64,000 nt of DNA from Amoebophrya sp. A120. Lineage: Eukaryota > Protista > Dinoflagellata. The stretch spans positions 1,567,984 to 1,631,983 of the forward strand of contig CAJINV010000014.1 in the NCBI GenBank assembly GCA_905178155.1. The letters are read 5' to 3'. The translations under genes were made by a program, and so were the position numbers. Each line of letters opens with the position of its first letter. The stretch's first letter is position 1. Positions 15,101-23,849 of the stretch are shown piece after piece. The notes under the pieces are model-generated. The model saw only the letters and a list, made by a program, of their open reading frames with translations. It was not told the origin of the DNA and did not search any database.

Positions 15101-15258
15101 AAAAATCAGCACTGCGAATTCCATTTGCATTTGCATGAGTGCTTCCAGTAGTTGTGCGATGCTTTTGCAATTCATACAGGCTGAGGCTAGACAGCTCCGG
15201 CGATCAGGCGCGGCTTTACCAATCTAAAGGGAGACCAGTGCTGCCGATTAACTTTTGA
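12107..15258 (+). CDS. Pentameric ligand-gated ion channel-like membrane protein, six exons
   Basis: Removing five elements gives ...VHIGRDPTFYIYKAVVPLEAIFIFTCMIYATPVSDVSGRLQLLFGMFLTGFAIQWTILDRLPRVPYLTVLDKFIFMVVVILLTVG...DFCFCAFVLSAFAFGHW...: pre-M1 R-x-P-x-FY, M1, M2, the M2-M3 LPRVPYLT-x-LD motif, M3 and M4. Hydrophobic N-terminal signal-like segment; stop TGA at 15256-15258. Confidence 0.75.
13466..13727. mobile_element. IR/DR introner (GTCTGGGTCTGGAA family)
   Basis: TIR TATCAAATGCAAAAATGTCTGGG / CCCAGACATTTTTACATTTGATA; DR GTGTG/GTCTG. Confidence 0.85.
13778..13921. mobile_element. IR/DR introner (TGCAAAAGTATCG family)
   Basis: DR TCGTA/TCGTG; ends TATGCA...TGCATA; interior similar to the 31414 and 51635 copies. 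Confidence 0.85.
13989..14251. mobile_element. IR/DR introner (GTCTGGGTCTGGAA family)
   Basis: DR GTCTC/GGCTC; GTGTCTGGGTTTGGA / TCCAGACCCAGACAC; join SDVS/GRLQ. Confidence 0.8.
14463..14769. mobile_element. IR/DR introner (GTCAGGAT-GAAAT family)
   Basis: Perfect 17-bp TIR TATGGAAGCGTCAGGAT / ATCCTGACGCTTCCATA; perfect DR AGATG. Confidence 0.9.
15030..15176. mobile_element. IR/DR introner, also readable as a GT-AG intron
   Basis: DR CAGGT/CAGGC; TGCAAAAG / CTTTTGCA TIR core. Confidence 0.8.
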
Positions 15259-15810
15259 TAGCGATCATGTTGCTACAACATCTAACTTCTGGCGTCGACG
15301 TACCATAAATATTTTACGAGCGCTTACGAGCCCGCGACGGTGACACCAGCGTGCCTCGTGTAGTAGAGGACGAGTCGCTTTATGGACGAGCGTCCTGGAA
15401 TTTTTGTGCTAGTACACGTGAATTTCCACAACTTCTGTGGTCGAGGACCACTTCTTCTTCGCGTTGATCACCTGCTCTTCAGAGGCAGAACCATAATGCA
15501 AACACGCCGTCCAGTGACTAAGTGTTTCTTTCGAAAACTAGTGTTTTTTTCGAAAACTTGTGGTTATGGTTTTGTACTAAACCACAAGCTTTCGAATTTG
15601 GATTTGCCTGCTTCGGTAAAAAAAGGTGAACCGCGGTCGGTTGGCGAAGGAGGTTGTGAGTTTTGACATCTCGGCTGCGAATTTGAAGATGATCCTCGGA
15701 AATGCGCAGATCGGCTCTTGAAGTTCGCGGATCGGTTTTTTCGGTCCGGAAGTGCAAACTTTTCGATCATGCCAAAAATGCAAAAGTGTAGTTCTAATAT
15801 CTAAAAACAG

Positions 15811-16404
15811 ATTACATTAACTAGCAATATGACACATAATGCTGCAATATGACATATGGCCGCGACAACATGAAAATCCTGCAAAAACCCCACTTCTCAT
15901 ATTGTCATTTTGTTATATTGTCATATTGCATATTGCTCGTGACCGGCTGACGATTGAAAATTGGCCCCACCCGAAGCGCTGTCTCTCGGGTGTTGCGGCC
16001 ATGAGGTTAGGGCGCGTATGCTCTTGCGCCGACTTTGGGCCGATCGAGCAGGCGCCTGTTGTCCACCTCTTTCGCGCCTGTTGACAAGGCGTCTCGCCAC
16101 CCCCGCTGTTAGCGAGGGCGGCGCTAGTGCGCTGGGGCTCCCAGCAGTCTACTTCTTCAATTTGTGTCGCAGCTGCGCCATGTAGTGCGCCGCTGCGTCT
16201 TTTCGCAGCATCTTGGCCGGAAAGCTGGCCTCGCAACGCAAGTAGCGGCGGGCGCCGCCAGGTCGGCTTCCAGGTCCCGACGTTGGACAAGGTCATATTG
16301 CTCAAACTCTAGCAGTCATATTGTCATTTTGTCATATTGTCATATTGCCATATTGCCATATTGCATATTGCTCAAAGTGTCGAAATTTTGCTAGTTAATG
16401 CAAT
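15811..16404. mobile_element. MITE-like intergenic element
   Basis: 17-bp TIR ATTACATTAACTAGCAA / TTGCTAGTTAATGCAAT (1 mismatch); subterminal CATATTGT-type repeats; GC-rich core. Confidence 0.65.
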
Positions 16405-16626
16405 GTGTAAAAATGCAAAAATCAATATTCGCATTCTGAAAATTCAATTTTTCGATCCTGCTTCGGTATGAAAACAAACAAGGTGGTTTTGGTTTATGAG
16501 TGAGGTTTCAACAGATCATCGTTCCTTCATTAGAGCGACCCGCAGAGCAAGCAGTAAATCAAGTCGTTAAGAAGAAAAAGAAGTAGATGGAGGTAGAAGG
16601 GCGTTGCAAAATCAAAAAACATCATT

Positions 16627-18201
16627 TTGGGTGCCGACCAGTCTTCCAGCACGTCGCGTAGTAGAGATCATTGTCTCGGCGCCGCCGCGGCAGGAGATGA
16701 GCTACATGTTCCAAAAATGGACGAGCAGGAGAACAAAATAACTTCAACTACCACACCCTCACCCACAAGCATGCATGTTTCTCCCCCTGCTCCTCCCGCT
16801 CCCGTGCCGGCAGTGAAGAATAATTTAAATGATTTCACCCGTGGCGACAAAGTCTGGATGCACGCCGCAAAGCTCTTGCAGGAATGCGACTGCCTGGTCA
16901 TTACAGCAGGCGCTGGAATGGGCAAGGATTCAGGCTTACCGACTTTCGCGGAATATGGTGATAGGCCAGTGTCGGGTGCAGGCCTTTCCTACGTTGAGCT
17001 ATGTTCGCCAAATGCTGCGCAAAACCACTACGAAGCGTTCGACCAATGGTGGCGCGAATCAGGTGAATTGTATGCAAAAACAGAGTCTCACGATGGTTAT
17101 CGAATTCTCGAAAGCTGGCTGATGGGAGGTGCTACTTCTACTACTTCGTCTTCTACAGCGTCAAGCTCATCATCATCCTGTACAAGATCATCAAGCACAA
17201 AAACTCGCATCAGAGAGCACTATGTTTACACGAGCAATATCGATGGACACTTTAAGCGTTTTCCGAATCTTGGTAAAAACGTACTGGAGCTACACGGCTC
17301 GCTGACCTTGCCGTGGATACCATGGTGGCGTTTCGAAAGGGAAGATCCGTCGGATGAAATGGATGTAGTTGCAGTGGTAGAAAGTAGTGCCACTCCTCCT
17401 TCTTCATTTGTACCTTCCCTCGATGGAACTCGGAAAGTACCTATGTCAAACTGCGGCCCACCCTTTGACTACGATCCAGCGAAGTTGCTAAATTCATTTC
17501 CAATGTCCGATCGGAGTAGAACGCCCTGGCAGCCGCCCTCCTACGATTGCGAAACGCCCCGAGGCTATATTCCCAAAGAATACCGGCGACCGGCGGTCTT
17601 ACTTTTCTACGACAACTGCCTGGAGCTCGAGACGTTTCTGCAGCGAAAGATCGAGAACGAGTGGCGCCAGTGGGTGGACGAGGTTTTGATGAAGCAAAAC
17701 ACTAAAAACAAAGTGAAAAGTCTCGTCGTCCTGGAGCTGGGCTGTGGTGTCAGAGTGCCTTCGTGTAGGAGCGAGGGCGAAAGACTCGTGTGGGAGGTGA
17801 ATGAGCTTGCAGCTGCAAAAACGAAGAGGAAGTCGGACTCGGAAGTCGAAGTCGAAAGGAAGATTGAGGAAAAAGAAACTCCTCGCCCTACACCTACAAG
17901 AACAGCCAACTTAATCCGAATCAACCCGGCAGAGCCAACTTTTGGCTTCCTGCGCAAGATTGACAATCCGCTGTTCTGGCATTTCGACGAGGATGATCTC
18001 TGCTATCGCACCATTGCGGGCCAGGAAGAAAAGGAAATGATAGATGTGGGCAGCCTTGAGCAAGAAGATCAAAGACTACAAGGGATAAACAACGTAATTT
18101 CGGGCAATTACGTTCTCCTCAATGAGTGTGGTGCAAAAGACGCACTTCAGCATTTGGATTCACTCCTGAAGAATCGAATGAATCATGCACAAGAAGTTTA
18201 A
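16627..18201 (+). CDS. Sir2/sirtuin-family NAD-dependent deacylase-like protein, intronless (true start uncertain)
   Basis: Motifs ITAGAGMGKDSGLPTF, YTSNIDGHF, LELHGSL, RPAVLLF, VLELGCG, LIRINP. Confidence 0.9.
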   Translation: MGADQSSSTSRSRDHCLGAAAAGDELHVPKMDEQENKITSTTTPSPTSMHVSPPAPPAPVPAVKNNLNDFTRGDKVWMHAAKLLQECDCLVITAGAGMGKDSGLPTFAEYGDRPVSGAGLSYVELCSPNAAQNHYEAFDQWWRESGELYAKTESHDGYRILESWLMGGATSTTSSSTASSSSSSCTRSSSTKTRIREHYVYTSNIDGHFKRFPNLGKNVLELHGSLTLPWIPWWRFEREDPSDEMDVVAVVESSATPPSSFVPSLDGTRKVPMSNCGPPFDYDPAKLLNSFPMSDRSRTPWQPPSYDCETPRGYIPKEYRRPAVLLFYDNCLELETFLQRKIENEWRQWVDEVLMKQNTKNKVKSLVVLELGCGVRVPSCRSEGERLVWEVNELAAAKTKRKSDSEVEVERKIEEKETPRPTPTRTANLIRINPAEPTFGFLRKIDNPLFWHFDEDDLCYRTIAGQEEKEMIDVGSLEQEDQRLQGINNVISGNYVLLNECGAKDALQHLDSLLKNRMNHAQEV

Positions 18202-18499
18202 CATGATTATATTCGTGGAAAAATAAATACTAGCGCTGCTGCTGCTGTCGTGTAGCTCGAATCTCGCTCCTGCTCTGAGTGGAAGAGTATTGGCACTTCT
18301 TCTCTTGTTTCCATGTGTTCATCTCCACCCTCAAGAAATGTTGCGTCGAGGGTTGCAGATGCAGCTCCTACAGCCTGCACACCAATTGATGTTTCTTTGT
18401 GGCGTAGCTACTTCTGCGAGTCTTACTAGTGAGGTAAGAATATTGCTGGCGAGACGCAAGTAAAGACAAAGATAGAACACATACCAATCACAATCTATC

Positions 18500-21400
18500 A
18501 TGACGAAGATCGTTTTTTCCCTCCGCGTTCTCCTCTGCACGGTGTCGCTGCAGTGCAGCCGTGTCTTGCAGCTGTTGAGCTGCCATGATTGCCTGTTGTC
18601 CACGTCCACTGTCTTGGCGCAGGGGCAAGCAGCGCACTTACACGACAATTATGCTGGGCCGAACAAATTAGAATCATCTCCCCCTGCTCGTGTCGCCAAG
18701 AGGAAGCGAAAGAAATCAATCCGGGCCCTCGTCATCTCCGATATTCACGACAATATCGAGCAAGTGGAGCGGTTGGTCGCTGCCGAATGCAGCAAGACGG
18801 GCAAAAAAGCTGCGGCAGATGTTGAACTTGGTTTTGAAAGAAAAACAAGCAACTTCTACGATTACGTGTTTATCCTGGGTGACTTTTGCCGCGTCAACCA
18901 CCTCCCACCGGATGAAAGTTCGGACGCTGAATTTCAAAAATGCGACGCGTTTACGGAGAAAGTGCTGAGTCAATTCGCAACTCAGTGTACTACTATAGGC
19001 AGAAATTTTGAAGAACAAGAAGTAGGCATGAGCGCAAATAACAGCAGTAGCATCGTGATTGGTGTTTTTGGTCTAGATGAGAGCAAAACTGCGAAACCCA
19101 CCACGACCGAGCGCAACCCTCCACAACCCTCCGCAACCCACCGCAACCCTCCGCAACCCACCGCAACCCTCCGCAACCCTCCGCAACCCTCCGCAACCCT
19201 CCGCAACCCTCCGCAACCCTCCGCAACCCTCCGCAACCCTCCGCAACCATCCGCAACCCTCCGCAACCCTCCGCCACCCTCCGCAACCCTCCGTAACCCT
19301 CCGCAACCCTCCGCAACCCTCCGCAACCCTTCGCAACCCTCCGCAACCCACCGCAACCCTCCGCAACCCTCCGCAACCCACCGCAACCCTCCGCAACCCT
19401 CCGCAACCCTCCGCAACCCTCCGCAACCCCCCGCAACCCTCCTCCCCCCGCTCCGCTGGTGTTTCCTTACTCCCCCCGCTTCTTATGTGTGATCTATGTA
19501 TGTAGTAGCTTTGTTTTCTTTCTTTGGAAGAATGAAAAAAAGTATAAAGAAGAAGCCTCCCGCAACCCGCCCCCCCCGCTCCGCTGGTGTTTCCTTACTC
19601 CACCCGCCTCTTATATGTGATCTGCTATGTATATGGAGCTCTGTTTTCTTGTTTTGAAAGAATGACAAAAAGTATAAAGCATGAGCCCGCTGCAACCCTC
19701 CTCCCACCGCTCCGCTGGTGTTTCCTTACCCCCCCCCGCTTGTTACATGTGATCTGTTCTGCTATGTAGAAGGTTGGCTTTGCTTTCTTTTTTTGAAAGA
19801 CAAAGAAGAAGAAAAAGTGTAAAGCGCAAATTATATTACGAGGCTGCAGCGATCGGCTGCGTTGGTTATGGTTTCTGGATCTACCCAGATCGCTGCAGCC
19901 CCATAGTATCCTTGCTATGTTGTAGACTTTTTTTCATTCAGCAGCGTTGCTATATGCCTAGCGCGCCACATATAAGTAACAAGCGGAGGGGAGTAAGGAA
20001 ACATCAGAGGAGCGGGGGGAGGAGGGTTGCGGCGGGTTGCGTTGGTTTCTGGATCTACCCAGATCGCTGCAGCCTCAACATTGGACGCCTATGCTTTGCG
20101 CTTTTTTCATTCTTAAAAAAAAAAAGGAAGCAGCGCGACTATATACATAGCGCATCACAGAGAACAAGGGGGAGGAGTAAGGAAACACCAGAAGAGCGGG
20201 GGGAGGGGGATTGTGGTGTGTTGCGGGGGGTTGCGCTGGTTGCTGGGTCTACCCAGATCGCGGCAGCCTCCTCGCTTCCTTATGCTTTATCCTTTTTTTT
20301 TATGTATTCTCTTAAAAATAAAAACAATGCCACTATATACATAGCAGATCACATAGATATAGCAAGCGGAGAGAGTAAGGAAACACCAGGGGAGCGGGGG
20401 GAGGGGGGCTGCGGTGGGTTGTGGTGGCTTGCAAATTTATGGCGTGTATTATAGTACTACTTTATCTTTTTTTATTCATTCTTTGAAAAAAAATAAAAAA
20501 CAAAGCCACTTTATACCTAGCAGATCACATTATATTTATTATAACAAGCGGGGGGAGCAAGGAAACACCAGGGGAGCGGGGGGAGGAGGGTTGTGGTGGG
20601 TTGCGGTGGGTTGCGGAGGGTTGCGGTGGGTTGCGGAGGGTTGCGGAGGGTTGTGGTGGGTTGCGGTGGGTTGCGGTGGGTTGCGGAGGGTTGCGGTGGG
20701 TTGCGGTGGGTTGCGGCGGATTGCAAATTTATGGGGTGTATTGTAGTACTACTTTATTTTTTTTATTCTTTTCCAAAAAAATAAAAATCAAAGCTATTAC
20801 ATACGTAGCAGATCACATATAACAAGCGGGGGGAGTAAGGAAACACCAGGGGAGCGGGGGGAGGAGAGTTGCGGAGGGTTGCGGAGGGTTGTGGAGGGTT
20901 GCGGAGGGTTGCGGTGGGTTGCGGTGGGCTGCGGTGGGTTGCGGTGGATTGCAGATTTATGTGGTGTATTGTAGTACTACTTTATTTTTTTTATTCTTTT
21001 CCAAAAAAATAAAAAGCAAAGCTATTACATACGTAGCAGATCACATATAACAAGCGGGGGGAGTAAGGAAACACCAGGGGAGCGGGGGGAGGAGAGTTGC
21101 GGTGGGTTGCGGAGGGTTGCGGTGGATTGCAGATTTATGGCGTGTATTATAGTACTACTGTATCTTTCTTTATGTTATAATATAATACTAATATTATATA
21201 TCTATAATATAATACAATACTAATATATATTATAATAATAGTAATAGTAGAAGAGTAGTAGTACTACTATGCGTATGCATATATGCGGGGGGGGGAAGAG
21301 GTTCGCCCGCGCGCGGAGTTCGGTTTTTTTCCTTTTTTTTCAAAATTGAGGAACCGGCCGGGGATCCAATTCGTTGCAGTTCTTGCACAAGTAGGAAAAA

Positions 21401-22770
21401 AATGCAAATCACGACGCTACTGCTGCTATTTGCTCTCATACCAAGTAGAAGATCACCTTGTAGCACGAAATGCAATAGGCCCGGAAGATGATCTTCGACA
21501 CGGTGCAACTTCGACTACACCTACGACCAGCGCTTCTTCAAGTAGCTCGAAAAATAATGCGCAGGACAAACATCATCATAGAGTTCTCTATATTGCAGGA
21601 AATCACGATCGCAAGGAGAGAACGCCCTCTACCGTTGGAACGCCAGAAGGAACGGCACCAGGATCGTTCCTCTCCACATCAATTAGTAGGAACCTCACCA
21701 ACGGCCTCCAGCTCCTCGACACTGACCTCGCTGTCGCTGGCCTCGGTGGGTCCTCGTCGGGCGGCTATCTACGGCAACGGTGGTACGAGCCGGCTTTACG
21801 GTCGGAAAAAGAGTACAAGGCCCAGAAAAATGTCGAAAACGTTTGGCCGTTTGCCGCGCACCCCTGGACCAGCGACGAACAGTTTGGTTCGGCGTTGGAG
21901 AAGCTATTGGCTCGTCAGTTTTGGACGCTGGAACACCAAAAACGACGCGAGGTGGTAAAAATACAGCATAATCATCAGGCAGAGGCAAATAATCGCATAG
22001 CAGGAAACAAGAGTGAGGCTGTGGTCGCTGGCGATGAACAAGAAACAGCGCTAGGAATATTAAAACAAGACGAAGACCAGGAGAACATGCTGGAAACTTG
22101 CCGCAAGAAAAACGAAACAGCGCAAGAGCGTCTTCAGAGAAGTGCTTATCTGCTGCAAGACTTCCAGATGCAGCTGATTCTCCTGACCCACACGGGTCCC
22201 CACGTAAGCTCTACCGCGGTCTATACGCTGAACGAAACGCACGGAATCCACGGGGGTAGTCCAGAATTGACGCACGTTCTGATGCGACACAGCAGTCGTG
22301 TGCTGGATGGTCATAATGATCCCCCACGAGCTGAACTTGATCCTGAAGTAGACAGCAATTACACAGGTGGCGCTGGAGCAAATTTAGCTTCTTGTAAGGC
22401 GAATAAAGGGGTGGTCGTGGAGGACCATTCCGACAAAGACCTCGCCCCTTTTCATCCAAAGCGAATCCCTTTGTTGGCGAACATTCATGGGCACATTCAT
22501 CCAGCGAACGGAATGGACTCGACCTTTCCTAATCACCTGAAAATCATAAATCCCGGGCCCCTGTACCTCGGGAGCTATGCCGAGGTGGTGTTTTCCAAAC
22601 TTGTTAATGCACATGACAAGAAATCTGGAGATGATGGAGTTGCAATAGAAGATGATGAAGAAGACAAGAACGCCGACGTCCGTATAACCGGCCGAACACC
22701 TGAGACAAACAAACCGTTTAAGCAAGTATGGTTTTTAGACGAAGTGGCTTTCAAGAGTGCTGGAATGTGA
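18500..22770 (+). CDS. Calcineurin-like metallophosphoesterase, two exons (18500-19025, 21449-22770)
   Basis: Motifs ISDIH and LGDF in exon 1; AGNHD, LLTH, HGHIH and INPG in exon 2. A GC...AG intron 19026-21448 gives in-frame EQEV/EDH. Confidence 0.85.
19025..21442. mobile_element. Expanded IR/DR intron carrying a nested foldback minisatellite insert
   Basis: TIR GGCATGAGCGCAAATAACAGCAGTAGCATCGTGATT vs AATCACGACGCTACTGCTGCTATTTGCTCTCATACC; DR AAGTA at 19020-19024 and 21443-21447. Confidence 0.85.
19111..21127. repeat. 10-bp minisatellite (CCGCAACCCT)n and longer modules arranged as inverted arms
   Basis: About 33 units at 19111-19440; reverse-complement arrays (GGGTTGCGGA/T) at about 20586-20720, 20870-20950 and 21095-21127; module GCTGGTGTTTCCTTAC on the left is mirrored by GTAAGGAAACACCAG on the right. 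Confidence 0.95.
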
Positions 22771-22843
22771 CAAGAGCTGAAGCAGGCAGCTGCTGGGGCT
22801 ATGTGTTGAGCTTTTTAGGACTTGGTAACTAGACTGAGGTACC

Positions 22844-23408
22844 GCCCATGCTGTTTGGTCTGATGGATGTTTACGCGCGTAAAGCGGTCTCGACGAATTG
22901 GCTGGACATACTGTGTGGCTCAGCCGCTGGAGGCGGCGAGTCGGTCGAGAACCTTACGCGGCCGCAGGTGACTGAGATTGGCATGACCGTAGTCACGCCG
23001 GGAGGGATGCCGCACAGGCCTCCCGCCCCTATTCTCTTGGTCTTTTTCTGCCCACCCTGACTCTGACCCCATCTAGGGCCAGACATGTCGCGGCCTCCAG
23101 TGAGGCGTCAGGAGTCTCTCTGTATGGTCTTAGTCTTGCCACGGCACGTGCGCATGCATCCTAATGACAACGTACCACCGCCCTTCCAAGAGTATAGTCT
23201 AGCTCACATCAGAGCCAAAGGCTATGTGTGCTCTAGGGGTGAGGCCCACTGCCCGCCCCGCCACTTCTGAAGGACGCTCACGGTGCGTTTCAGCGTTAGG
23301 GTGTGCGCTCGCGCACCACCAAACGGCGACCCAACCCCCCCTCCGGGGGTGGGGGCCGCTGTAGGCATCCATCGGCCCGTGAACGGACGAAGACCATACA
23401 GTATGGGC
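22844..23408. mobile_element. MITE-like element
   Basis: 18-bp TIR GCCCATGCTGTTTGGTCT / AGACCATACAGTATGGGC (2 mismatches); GC-rich interior with no convincing ORF. Confidence 0.55.
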
Positions 23409-23476
23409 ATTGGCACCTGCATAATAGTTACAGTAAAGCTGGCGTCCTCATCTGCTCCGTCTAGTACAACTCTAAA

Positions 23477-23713
23477 TGTAGGCATGCAGATCAAATCACC
23501 ATGTAGATCTGATGACACGACTGAAATACGATGCAAATCCCCCCTGAAATCCACGATCCACAAATCACATCATGAGCGAAGAGCGATGTACACAGAGCGA
23601 TGATGATGAAATGATGATGATGTTCTTGTGCCTTTTCCCATGCTGACAGTTACGTGGATGCTAGTACAGTAGGTAGTCGCACCCTACCTACATGGTGTAT
23701 TAGTGTTCTAACA
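23477..23713 (+). repeat. 5' LTR
   Basis: TGTAGGCATG...GTTCTAACA, repeated at 29667-29903. Confidence 0.97.
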
Positions 23714-23849
23714 ATCTTGAGCCCTGTGCTTAGAGAGCTAAACCCCCGGGTTTAGTTATAATTTTTTTTTGTTTATCCCCTTGGGTTTTACACTTGGACG
23801 CGCCTGGTTTTAGACTTTGAAAAATTTCGAAAAACTAGGAACCACAAAC

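Noticed and set aside
18982-19505. ORFs with repeating RNPPQPSATL / GCGGLRRVAE peptides
   Set aside because: Translations of the 10-bp minisatellite inside an intron; open in many frames only because the unit lacks stops.
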